Source: Octopus sinensis (taxonomy: Eukaryota). From it: a DNA stretch of 64,000 nucleotides. The notes beneath the pieces were generated by a model that ran no database searches, had not been told where the DNA came from, and saw nothing but the letters and a program-made list of their open reading frames with translations. Below, piece after piece: positions 49,897-62,194 of the stretch. The translations under genes were made by a program, and so were the position numbers. Where the stretch lies: contig NC_042997.1 of the NCBI RefSeq assembly GCF_006345805.1, positions 137,454,001-137,518,000 on the forward strand, in the 5' to 3' direction. Position 1 is the first letter of the stretch. Every line of letters starts with the position of its first letter.

Positions 49897-51046
49897 ATGA
49901 CAGATCTATCAGACTTTGAAAGAGGTCAAATTGTTGGTGCTCATATGGCAGACGCTAGCATAATGAAAACAGCTGAAATGTTTAGGGTATCAAGAAAGAC
50001 TGCCTTGAAAGTAATGACAGCCCTTGAGAAAGAGGGAAAGGTCTCCTCGTCGAAACCAAAACTTTCAGATAGGGACAGTGGGACTCTTACACGAATTGTA
50101 GAAAAGATCACAAAATTACAGCTCCCAAAATTACTGCAGAGCTTAAAAAACTGTTTGCCAGGGGCTGCACAAAGCTGGATTTCACAGGAGGGCTGCAATC
50201 AGAAAACCACTACTTTCAAAAACAAATATTGCAAAGCGTTTAGAGTGGAGTAAAAATCTACAGAATTGGTCCCTAGAGCAGTGGAAGAATGTTATTTTCT
50301 CAGACGAGTCATCCTTTACCTTGTTTCCGACTACTGGCCAAGTATACATGTGGAGACAGCCAAAAGAAGCATTTGACCCAGACTACCTTCTTCCAACTGT
50401 TAAACATGGAGGAAGATCTATGATCATCTGGTGGGGCTATATCTTGGAAATCCGCCAGCCCAATGGTTTCCCTTCATGCAGAATTAACAGTCAAGACTAT
50501 TTAAGCATTTTATCTGATCAAATTCATCCTATGGTTGCAGAACTGTTTCTGGAGGGAAACGCAATCTTTCAGGATGATAATGCACCAATTCCCACAGCTA
50601 AAGTTGTTACTGAATGGCATAAGGAACATTCTAGGGAAGTTGAACATCTTATCTGGCCACCACAGTCTCCAGATCTTAATATTATTGAACATTTATGGTG
50701 CATTTTAGAAAAACAAGTAAGGAGTCAATATCCTCCACTATGGTCACTACAAGAACTGAGGACTGTTTTAGCTGATGAATGGATAAAAATTCCTTTGAAA
50801 AAATTCAAACTTTGTATGAGTCCATACCTCGTAGAATTCAAGCCGTAATTACTGCCAAAGGCGGTCCTGTTCCATCATCATCATCATCGTCGTTTAACGT
50901 TCGTTCTCCATGCTAGCATGGATTGGACGGTTCGACCCTGGTTCTGGGAAGCCAGAAGGCTGCACCAGGCTCCAGTCTAATCTGGCAATGTTTCTACAGC
51001 TGGATGCCCTTCCTAACGCCAACCCTTCCTAACGCCAACATATTAA
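49897..51046 (+). pseudogene. Tc1-family transposase pseudogene (frameshifted; RTE tail inserted just before the stop codon)
   Basis: Fragments in different frames (49897-, ~50260-, 50815-). The terminal GGPVPY* is split by the insertion; TAA lies at 51044-51046. Confidence 0.88.
50876..51038 (-). mobile_element. RTE 3' tail nested in the Tc1 element
   Basis: catcatcatcgtcgtttaacgttcg...cttcctaacgccaac (last 15 bp duplicated), flanked by CAT at 50873-50875 and 51039-51041. Confidence 0.88.
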
Positions 51047-51091
51047 AATTAATTTGTTTGAAATTTTAAGTGTTTCCATTAATTTGTCCAC

Positions 51092-51127
<36 letters not shown>

Positions 51128-51300
51128 CATATATAAATGTATGTGTATTTTTTTAATGTTTACAAATAACACGGAAAAAAAAAATTAATAGTTACCAGGG
51201 TAGCAAAAATTCAAATAAGTACCAAGGATGTAACAGCCTACTTATAAAGGTAGAAATTCCAGGGTTTAGTGAAATGTTTTTGTGTCACATAGATAAATAA

Positions 51301-51776
51301 ATAAATGGAATTAAACGCAGGTGTTATTCAAATCTTTATACTTTTGAAGAAAACATTGGTATTATTCTAGAAGGAATAAAATGATGTAAAACAATGCAAT
51401 CTTCTCATCAGGGAAAAAAAGAGAAACAAAACAAAACACATCAATAAGACATTTTAACTGAATGTGATAACTGCATATATGAAGAAGGGAACTCTGGTAA
51501 GTTATTTTAAAAAAAAACTGTTAATTGATTTAATATCAAAAGCAATTTATATCAATTAATAGTTTTTAAAAAAATAACTTACCAGCATTCCTTTCATCAT
51601 ATATTCAGTAATCACATTCAGTTAAAATGTCTTATCGATGTTTTTTTCTCTCCCCTGATGAGAAGATTGCATTGTTTTATATAATTTTATTCCTTCTGGA
51701 ATAATACCAATGTTTTATTCGAAACATATATTGCAATTATAAAGTTTTGAATAACACCTGCCTTAACTCCATTTAT
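51301..51776. repeat. ~475-bp palindrome with decayed hammerhead cores on both arms
   Basis: ataaatggaattaaacgcaggtgttattcaaa...tctcatcaggg pairs with ccctgatgagaag...tttgaataacacctgccttaactccatttat. Confidence 0.88.
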
Positions 51777-52097
51777 ATATATATATACATATATATGTCT
51801 GTTTTGTCTATTGAAGTTCAGTTTCTGTTTTCATGTCTTCTTTCTAGTTAGTAACATCATAAACTGTATCCAGGACACTCTGTAAAGTGATAGGTATTAG
51901 AAAGGGCATCCACTTGTAGAAACCATGGTAGAATAAAATGTAAAAGTGCAACATGGCCCTTGATCCACTTCAGATCATTACAATCTGTCCATGCCAACCT
52001 AGAAAGCAAATGCAAAATGCTGATATATATATATATATATAGACAATTATGCTGATAAACAAATTAAATATAACTGCTTGGGTTTGATATACAATAC

Positions 52098-52128
<31 letters not shown>

Positions 52129-52419
52129 CACACACATATACAAACTGATATATTTTGTATATCAAACCCAAGCCGTTATATTTAATTTGTTTATCTGCAT
52201 AATTGTCTCCAAATCTGCTCCCCTGGCTTCCTCTTATAGCCACTCTTTACCCCATAGAATTGGCCACTCATAAAGACATTATTGTCTAAGTTTGAATGAT
52301 TTGAGTGCTACTAAGTGCTTTCTATACTGAGAGTTTCTGGATCCCATCTGTTGACTCGCTCTCTCTCTTTCTGTACACACACACACACACAAACGTCCTT
52401 CTTGACAATGATGATGATG

Positions 52420-52452
<33 letters not shown>

Positions 52453-53554
52453 AATATATATATCCTGGGTATGATATTAAACTGCATCTGGGTAAAGCTC
52501 CATTTGTGGAATTCTGGAGTTGTGGTGAGTGGGGAGTCACCCCTTAATTACCATTCCTTAATTACCAGGTCTATTCTGGCCTGAAACAGTAGTACCTGTC
52601 AGGGTCCCATCTATGGGTTAAATAGATTAGTGTGTGATACCAGACACAGTCTGCTAGCACACATACACATTATTGTATGCATGACGGCCTGTCTATTACT
52701 ATTGTTCTTATCATATATGTACTTATGATGCACACACACTCTGCTACCCACATGTTAACATCTAAATAAAACCTTTCTCTTACATTCTCCGCTTGTGTCA
52801 TCGTCTTGCTTATTCTTTCTGGCACTCATATTCATTTATGCATATTTTGGCTTTTATTGTAAGGCGACCGTACGGTGTTTAAAGGAGTCATTCATTCGTC
52901 ACCTCTCCTTTTTGCACAGTCGTTCTACACTTTCTTTTTCTTCCACATCTCTCACTCTAGCCATTGCTTTCACCTTCAACATACCTAGACAAAAAGATAC
53001 CCTCCACCCCAAATTACTATAAACTTTTCAAATAGCAGCATCAAGGATTCGAGATGCTGTTATTGTAAATTTTCTTGTTTAAGACGTTTTTTTCTTTAAC
53101 AGTATTTATTACATAAATAAATGGGTTACAGTAAATAAGAAATGTAGATACAGGTTAATAAATGTAATTTTATTTGCTGCTAATTGCATAGTAAGCCTTT
53201 TGTAGAAAAAAAAAAGCCCCAGAAATTAAATTAAAAATAAAAAGATTATTAGTACCTGGTAGATAATGACTTTCTCAAGTGAATCATAATTTTTTCTTTT
53301 GCTCCTCTTTGACCTTTCTGTCGTAAATTTCCCTACTTTATCGTTCCAATTTCCTATCGTACATAAGAATTATGTATTTTCTTTACACCAATGATAATGT
53401 ATCAACCTCCTTTTATTCCATATAACTCATTTTAAAATTCATTCTCCATTTCCAGCCAAACACACGCATTCCTAAAGACCAAGGGAAATTACTCTGTTCA
53501 AATATCTAAGAGTTATTTATCTTAACGAAAGCCAACGCGTTTATCACACACGCG

Positions 53555-53557
53555 CGC

Positions 53558-53636
<79 letters not shown>

Positions 53637-53650
53637 ACACACACACACAA
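53555..53650. repeat. (CA)n microsatellite
   Basis: Direct reading. Other long SSRs: (AAT)n 13527-13571; (TA)n 25257-25295, 25406-25570, 28420-28457, 39340-39412, 46716-46770, 47257-47315; (TACA)n 58922-59060; (TATC)n 60130-60193. Confidence 0.97.
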
Positions 53651-53670
53651 ATCTCTCTCCCTTATATGTG

Positions 53671-53704
<34 letters not shown>

Positions 53705-53934
53705 CGGAGATGGATTTGCATAGCAAGTGACCTGATCTGAGATCGTATGCTGGAACGAAAACAATTGCAGCATGGAAGGTGTTTATAGACCATTTAAGAA
53801 ACAGACAAAATCCGTTAGATTCACTTTAACATTTAAATTTAATTTGCCAAAATATTTTCATCGCTTCGAGACTGCGACCTGTTCACTGACAAAATTCACT
53901 GCAGATGCAGCACGAATTTTGTCAGTGAGCAGGT

Positions 53935-54540
53935 TGGTTGGCATCTATGCACCTAGCACGCTAGGTAAATGGGATGAGTTCTGTTGACACCTGGAGAACT
54001 TTCTTGTGACATCAAGGGCACTAGTTTTGCTGGGTGATTTCAACGCTATTCTGGATAATGTAGGCTTGAATGCTAGGAAGTGTAACTCACGTCTCATTGA
54101 TCTGCTGAAGTGATTTAGGCTGGCAGGTCAATACAGACTTGATAATCCGAGCATTCCAATGTGGACTTGGTCTAATAATGATGGATCTATCAGATCTTAT
54201 ATAGACAGGATAATAGTTAATGCTAGTGATAAGTCTAGTTTAAGCTGTACATGGTTTAACTATGTACCCTACAAGGAGCATGTGCAAGCTGCATATAGAT
54301 AAAGTTCATAGACAGGGATCTGGCTATTGGAAGTTGAACAAGACCCTATTGGATTGTGAAACGTACCGTAGCCAGATTAAGGTGTTAGTAATGAGGGCAC
54401 TAACCAGCTCTGTATTAACAGTCGGTGGTGGAGTGCCCTCAAAAGAGCCATTCGACTTGAGTCGATTAGATTTAGCAAGCAGTTAAGTCTAGAGCAGACT
54501 AGAGTAGAAAGGGAATTAGTTAAGGCATTAGAAGAGGCAC
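53935..54540 (+). mobile_element. L1/Tx1-clade LINE endonuclease-region fragment, decayed
   Basis: IYAP..., LVLLGDFNAIL, WTWSN..SYIDRI, GSGYWKLNKTLL motifs, with stops and a frameshift. Confidence 0.8.
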
Positions 54541-54545
54541 TTTTA

Positions 54546-55500
54546 TTCTTTTACTTGTTTCAGTCATTTAACTGTGGCAATGCTGAAGCACCACCTTCAG
54601 TCGAACTGATTAAACCCAGGACTTATTCTTTGTCAGCCTAGTACTTATCCTATTGGTCCCTTTCGCTAAACTGCTAAATTATGCAGACGTAAACACACCA
54701 ACATCGGTTGTCAAGCGTGTTTGTGTGACAAATACAGACACACAAACATACACACAAACACACACACATACACACATACACACACACATACACACACACA
54801 AACACACACATACATATTAGCACCATCCGTTCGTGGCCGTTTGCCAGTTCTGTCTGGCCCCCATACCGGTGACACGTAAAAGCACCATCCGTTCGTGACC
54901 GTTTGCCAGCCCTATCTGGCCCCCGTGTCGGTGGCATGTAAAAGCACCATCCGTTCGTGTCCATTGCCAGCCTCGCCTGGCCCCCGTGCTGGTGACACGT
55001 AAAAGCACCATCTGTTTCGTGGCCGTTTGCCAGCTCTGTCTGGCCCCCGTGTTGGTGGCACGTAAAAGCACCATCCGTTCGTGTCCGTTGCCAGCCTCGC
55101 CTGGCCCTGTGCCGGTGACACGTAAAAGCACCATCCGTTCGTGGCCGTTTGCCAGCTCTGTCTGGCGCCTGTGCGGGTGGCACGTAAAAAGCACTCATTA
55201 CACTCACGGAGTGGTTGGCGTTAGGAAGGGCATCCAGCCGTAGAAACACTGCCAGATCTGACTGGGCCTGATGAAGCCTTCCAGCTTCACAGACCCCAGT
55301 TGAACCGTCCAACCCATGCTAGCATGGAGAACGGACGCTAAATGATGATGATGATGATGACGACGGGCGTCTTTCAGTTTCTGTCTACCAAATCCACTTA
55401 CAAAGCTTTGGTTGGTGAGGCTATAGTAGAAGACACTTGCCAAAGGTGCCACGCAGTGGGACTGAGTCCAGAGCCATCTGGTTGGGAAGCAAAACTTACA
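54546..55500 (-). mobile_element. Family-3 SINE split by an RTE 3' UTR insertion
   Basis: Tail at 54546-54730 and head at 55362-55500, on either side of the (CA)n and the RTE piece. Confidence 0.72.
54818..55358 (+). mobile_element. 5'-truncated RTE consisting only of 3' UTR (six 60-bp units plus tail)
   Basis: Same A/B units and terminal sequence as 11325-11977; (GAT)n tail. Confidence 0.9.
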
Positions 55501-55815
55501 CACCCTGTTTCAAATTTTTTATGATTTCTATACGTTAAACATCGGCGAGTACGATTGCGTAAAAAGAAATCACAAATTCAGTTTTATTCAATAATTTTCC
55601 CTCGCTGTATAGTTCCAACCCTAAATTCAGAACCCTAACTATAAATTTTAATCTTGAGTCTTAACCTCTAACCTTAAACTCAAACTCTAAAACCCTAATT
55701 CTAATTCTAAGCATGAAAAACTGAAAAAAGTTTTGGATAATTGTCAAAAATGGAAAACTTAGGCTGCTTGTACACTCTAAAGAGGAGTGTGTGAAGTCTG
55801 TCAGAAACTTATATA

Positions 55816-56179
55816 TCTCTCTATATATAAACGGCAAAATGCCTGTGTCTGTGTATCCTTTATACAAATCCACAATTTTTCAGTTAGAGGGCTCACACTT
55901 TCTATAGTCATTCAAAACTGTCCAAAATTGGTCGTGCATATTTTTACATTTTCCCAGTCACCCCGCAAAGACATTAAAAAATCAATAGAAGTGACTTTTT
56001 TGTGAATTTTCTATCCAAATCCCTATCAAAATGCCTGAAACTTGATATGCGAATTGAATGCCAGCTAGCTGTATGTGATTGGTCGGAGATTTGGACAGTA
56101 CTCACGTGTATGCGCACACACGCAGCTGTTTATGCATGCACTAGCACTATGACCGGGTGTTGCTGGGTCATAGTGCTAG
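55816..56179 (+). mobile_element. Non-autonomous Helitron-like element
   Basis: Sits between A (55815) and T (56180); 5' TC(tctctatatataaa); 3' CTAG; subterminal hairpin ctagcactatgacc-gggtgttgctg-ggtcatagtgctag. Confidence 0.72.
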
Positions 56180-56197
56180 TATATATACATACATACA

Positions 56198-56231
<34 letters not shown>

Positions 56232-56559
56232 AAGTAACAAACTGAGGAAAAGAGATCCTTTGAAGGGGTATGTTAAACATCCAGTTCACTGGGACATCAC
56301 TTGAATACCATATAAATATGGATATAATGCAATTACAAAGATTAATTAAGTAGTGATACTATTGACAATCCAATAATCTATTTATATTATAATATTACAT
56401 GATATACTGTGAATATAATATAACATAAACAATTATTTAAAAAAAACATAAAAGGCTAACAAATTGTTTCGACTTATATACATTTTCTGATATACATACA
56501 CAATAGCAGTTCCCTTAGGGTCATGGTTTAAAGATAGATGAAATTCCTTGTGAAGGGAT

Positions 56560-56900
56560 GGTGGATTTGGAGTGAAGAAATTATTTTTACATTAGATATA
56601 AGGAAAATTTTATTAAAAAATGGATAGCAAATCATGAATACACCTTTAGGAATAGAGATAGGTTTAACAGTACTAAATAAACTAATTTGGGAATTGAAGG
56701 ATAGTAAAAAATCATACAAAATAAATGGGAAAATACTTAGTCATGCTAGATTGTATAAAATTAATGATGCTAGATGCAACTTATGTATAGATGAATTATA
56801 TCAGATTTTAACATCTAAGAAGAAATTGCTTAATGAAAGATGTGAGAGTGTTCTATCATGGACACACTATTCTAAATATATGTTTAGAAAATTTTATCAA
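56560..56900 (+). mobile_element. PLE GIY-YIG C-terminal remnant
   Basis: IWELKD...KILSHARLYKINDARCNLCIDELYQIL...LLNERCE resembles the Penelope endonuclease tail. Confidence 0.65.
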
Positions 56901-57084
56901 GTGTGTATACTTGTACTTGTATGCATCCATTTATAAATGTACATATATGTGTATATATGAATAAATATATATTTGTGTATATGCATGTAAGTGCTTGTAT
57001 GTATGGGCATATGTTGTTTTGTATTTATCTGATGCCATCGATATGTTGTTATCTATATGTATCTGTTTGAGCATGTATATATGG

Positions 57085-57116
<32 letters not shown>

Positions 57117-58199
57117 ATCTGTGTGTGTATATGCATATATGTATATGTATGTGTATATGTATGGGTTTGTGGGTGTATCTATATATATGTATGTGTGTGT
57201 GTATATATATATGTATGTGTGTATATATGTATATATATATATGTATGTGTGTGTGTATGTATATATGTGTGTGTGTATCTGTGTCTATAGATATGTATAC
57301 ATTTGAGTTTTTTCATCTCAATCTATATAATAACTTAATTTCGAAAATTGATTATTAGTGGACCAATTCTGAATTGCTTCATTTTTGTGCATATTCTTGT
57401 AGTTACTGTTAAATTTATCATTATACAAGTATTTAATAGTAATTTAGTATAGTCTTCACTATACTAAATGAATGGGTGTATAAATACACTTATTTCATTT
57501 ATTAATTAATTGATGACAATCATAGCAATAATAATGATAATAAATAGTTTCATTTGACTTACTAAATAAATTTAATAACCAAAATAATAATTATCATAGT
57601 ATTGTATAGTTTATAAATTGTATTCTTATTACAACAATGTTGTTTGTTACTTCTGAAAGTATTGATAGAGTTTGGATATACACTATGTATGGTCCCTCAT
57701 TTTGTAACTAATAATATTGATTAGTTCATTGAGAACAGTCCGTATTACTTGCTTGGTTTATATTAATGATTTCTATTGATTCACTAAATTCTCCATTCCA
57801 TAATATATGAATAACAATCATTATTTAAGTAACTTCAAATCTGGTTACCCCACCCAAATTAGTAAAATTTATTTTCATTACTATAGCCTAAATGTATATC
57901 TATGGGGTACTTTGGTTATTACATTTACAGCCTTAAGTCTATTAAAGTTTATTACGGAATTCTCCCTGTGATAAATTAAGTAAACAAAGAAAATTTTTAT
58001 TAGGTTTCTATTCATATCTACTGCGGAATTTTTAAAGGAGAAAAAGAGACCAGTACAGAAGAGGGAAAGCAGCTGTTATTATAGAATTTTGGAATCTGGA
58101 GTGTTTTGCAAGGTCCAACAAGAAAAATGGTGGTAAAAAGGTTTTAGCAATGGTTTGAGATCATCTTTAACATATATACAATCAAATTCATATGGAATT

Positions 58200-58870
58200 C
58201 TCATAGGTGGAATTTCAAAAAAATATATAGTTATGTTAATTTTTGTTGAGCACTTTTTTTGTGAAGTATAGTTCCATTATCTTATGGAACTTTGAATTTT
58301 CCATCACATATTGCCAAATGTTTCCTTTTTTTCAAGCATTTAATTTTGGTGTGAACTTCTTTATGAAGTGCAGCTCCATTATTTTTCAGAAGTTTAGGTT
58401 GTTCCTTGAGCATTTGTAGAAGGGGAACATTTTGAATTTTCCTTCTCCACATATTTCCAAATGTTTGTTCAGTGGGATTTTCTGTAGCTCCTCTTGTCAG
58501 ATGTGTTGTCTGTGGATTCTTGTGCATTGGCAAAGGGTTTTGCCAATATAATTCTCCTTGCATTTGGGGCAAGTAATGCAGTATATGAAGTTTTGCATCT
58601 TGCAGTTCATATTTGTATTTACTTTGAATAAGAATCCACTCTTAAATTTTATGTGGGTGTCCCCGTCTGTATATTTGTAGTTATTGTTGTTGTTGCATAT
58701 TCCACATCTGTCTCCACATTCCTTTATGGAGAATTCTATTTCATTCCCTGATGTGAATTTTGCTCTTGTAAGTTATTTTTTAAGGTTTTTTTCCTGGCAA
58801 TTACTATTTTACAGGTAGCTTTAATCTATCAGTTTTCTCATTTTGGGGTTCTGTAAGAGTAAATAAATAA
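58200..58870 (-). mobile_element. PLE GIY-YIG remnant
   Basis: Minus frame FKVNTNMNCKMQNFIYCITCPKCKENYIGKT..IHRQHI* (not the frame shown in the ORF track). Confidence 0.78.
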
Positions 58871-58952
58871 AAATTTATATATAATCATTCAACATTCTGA
58901 CTACCTTATTATTCTTAATATGCATACATACATACATACATACATACATACA

Positions 58953-58983
<31 letters not shown>

Positions 58984-59008
58984 GTACATACATACATATG
59001 TACATACA

Positions 59009-59040
<32 letters not shown>

Positions 59041-60132
59041 CATATATATATATATACTCATATACATACACAACAACTGAATAAATAGAACAGTATTCAA
59101 GAAACAATCAATAGAATAAGATTCGCTACATAATATACGAAACAGTAATAGTAATTATTGAGAAGAAAATAAATAGAACGTTCCGAAGCTGATTGACATA
59201 GCTTCAAGCAGCACTTCTGTAAGGAAACATAGAAGATGCTGAGACAATCTCATGGAGCTGAGCGACATGGTTGTGTGTGGACTTTTGAATGGTTCTTCTT
59301 GGGGTTCAGTTTGCCAACTTTTTATAACTGTTGGTCTAGCTTCTATAATTTTCTGAAAAACTATTTGGCAGGAAGTCCACACACTTCCTTAGAAGTATAC
59401 TGAGTCAATTGCTACAAGTCAACCAGGTCTACAACCTGACTGGGAAAGATTGAAATCCATAGTTGATTATTTAATATCTGGCAATGTTAAACTGTTATGA
59501 CAACTAAGTTTATTTCGTTACTACTCCAAATGGGTGTTTCCTTTCATAGAACTAATTCAACCTCTGCTTATTTTTGATGTCCCTTTAGCATGCGGTTTAC
59601 CAGTCCATTTATACTTTAGTGTGCAGTCTAACCCTTATCCCAACCCCTAACCTAATCCTAAGCCTTAACCCTCGTCCTAAACCCTAACCTCGAGATCAGG
59701 TTAGTGTAGACTACAGATACTGCAGTGGACTGCATGCTAAAGTAGCACCCTATTTTCTATATTTTCAATGGAAAAACAACATCTAGATGTTATTAATCTG
59801 CTTAAAAGTTCAATAGTTGGTCAATGTCTTTCTTTCACACCTGCATCATCTGAAGTTTCTCTGCATATTGAGACTAATACTTCTCGAACTACAATTTTGG
59901 ATGAATTTTTTTTTATCCACAGAGTAATTAATTTGTCACTCTTTTCTTCAGAACTGTTCATCGCCTGAACAAAATTTCTCATTAATTAAAAAGACCACTA
60001 TCGCTACCATAGTAAGTGTTAGAAAAATGGCGAGCATTTTACTTTGAAGCCATTTTCTATTACATACTGACTACCATGTGATCTCATTCATATGTAACCA
60101 GAATATATTCATATATATAAAAGTATCTATCA

Positions 60133-60194
<62 letters not shown>

Positions 60195-60960
60195 TTGAGA
60201 GAGAGGGGGAGAGGGGCGAGAGAGAGAGAGAGGAAGAGAGATAGACAAATAACAAAAATAAATATTGATAAGAGTCTTCGTTGGCACATTTAATGATTGT
60301 TGTTACATCCGATACATACCTATCAAAATAATACAGCTATTGATGCTCCTCTCTAACTGGTTTAGAAGGATAGATTTCCAAAAGCTTTCATATCACCCTA
60401 AAGTGATGTGATGACATTGTATCCTTTCTTTGGATGGTGTTAAAATAATAAAAAAAAACTTGTGGCAAATGCATTGCATGTTTGGAATTCTATTTATGAT
60501 TCTGCCGTCTTCCTAATGCCAAATATAAGCTCACACAACCATGCATGTAAACATTTCAATAGTGACTACAACAGTCAATTACCATTGTCTAACTCATGGT
60601 GCTACTTGTTTCTGATTAAAGATCAATACTCAAAGTTTCTCTTTGCATTTGTGCATTCAGATATAATATTCCCTATAATAATTTGGTTTCTTCAAAATAT
60701 ATTCTTTATATTTGATGTTCCAGTTTCAATCCAATCCAGATTTATACCTTAATATGCTTGTATCTTTTTGGTGAACAGTATTGTTCAAACTAAGGCTATT
60801 CAACATCATCCTACTGGGAACTGACAAGTGAAATGTTTAAACGGAACTCCATTGCTCTTTGTTCAAGAAAGTGCTAGGAAACCATAGAATAGTATCTTAG
60901 GGAAATTAATCTAGGTGATTTGTTTCTCCTTTACATTGCGATTAACTCGATATATAATCC

Positions 60961-61165
60961 TTTCTACTATAGGCACAAAGCTTAAAATTTTGGGAGGGGA
61001 GGGTAGTCGATTATATCAACCCTCAGTACTCAAGTAGTACTTATTCTATTGACCCTGAAAGGAAGAAAGGAAAAGATGATCCCGGCAGCATTTGAAATTA
61101 GAACATAATGACAGACAAAATGCCACAAATCATTTTGTCCAGAGTGTTAATGATTCTACCAGCTT
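60961..61165 (-). mobile_element. Diverged tRNA-derived SINE, family 1
   Basis: ggcacaaagcttaaaattttggg...gaccctgaaagg..aaagg...cagcatttgaaattagaac matches the reverse complement of the family body. Confidence 0.65.
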
Positions 61166-62194
61166 GTCATCTACTAACTCGATGTATAATGAAAGACTTT
61201 TAGCATTGTTAAATATCTTTTAGTTTTACTAAATGTCAATTTTACTGTCTTTACCTGAACAACTCTCTGAACCTGGAGAAATTTTATTTACATGGTTTAA
61301 TCCTAGCAATAGAGTTGAACAGCAGATCGATCATATCAAACTGATTGAGGCTGCTCATCACTAGGCTTGGATCAAATACCCTGATGGTTGAATTGATACT
61401 GTTCCAACTAAATATACAGGGTGTCTATAAATTATTTTACAGCTCCTACAATTTATTGTGTCCAAGTAAGTTTATCTTAATCTTTTTGATGTGACTCTAC
61501 TCCATACTGTTTTCTCTCCCTATCATTTTTCTCTCTCATCCTTTCTCTAATCCCCTTTTTTCTCCCCTTCACTGTTTCCTATCTGTCTCCCTCTCCCCCT
61601 TTTCTCCCTTACTCTCTCTTTCTCATTGCTCAAACATGACCATCGTCCATCGTTCTTTTCCTCACGTGATCATCTTTCTTTTCTTTCAGGACTGGAGGTA
61701 TCCTAGCTCTCTCTTTTACCTTTTCTCTTGTGAAAGAAAATATTTCTCCAACGTTCACTATTTTACCCTCGTTCTGGTATAACAACCCTCTATGTTTATT
61801 TTCATTTGGTTTTCTTGTATGTCTCCACTGTCCTGTTTTTGTTGCCAACTTTGACCCTCCATAAATCCCAAATTTTATTTTGGTACTTATGAGAACAACT
61901 ATCTTTGAAGACTCATATTGTTGTTCATGCTTGAAATGAGGAGTAGATAGACAGTGGAAAACTGATGAAGTGTTATTCTTTATGTTACTTGTCCTGTTTT
62001 TCATTTGTTTCTCTCATTGTTTGCGTATTGAACTTATTTGTTTACGTATTTCATGTTGTTTACTGTTGGTGACGCCCTGTACCCATATATGCATATGTAT
62101 ATATATGTATATATGTGTACTAGTACGGAATATGATCTCTCTGATACCGTTAGGTGAAGAGATGTTTTCCAGTGCCTTCATATTCAATATTTAA

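Larger units (their letters stand above)
49707..51091 (+). mobile_element. Decayed Tc1/mariner transposon with a DD36E catalytic triad
   Basis: TIRs (t)aggggttggacaaaataatggaaacac (49707-49734) and gtgtttccattaatttgtcca (51070-51090, outer bases lost). Transposase MTDLSDFERGQIVG..., VIFSDESSF, QDDNAP...WPPQSPDLNIIEHLW, with frameshifts. Confidence 0.92.

Noticed and set aside
59628-59690. True telomere or fusion scar
   Set aside because: Short, highly degenerate and enclosed by inverted arms; better explained as part of a small repeat element.
61233-61420. Plus-strand 43-aa ORF MSILLSLPEQLSEPGEILFTWFNP... continuing past stops
   Set aside because: Short, no usable in-frame splice signals and no recognisable family; possibly decayed coding sequence but unsupported.
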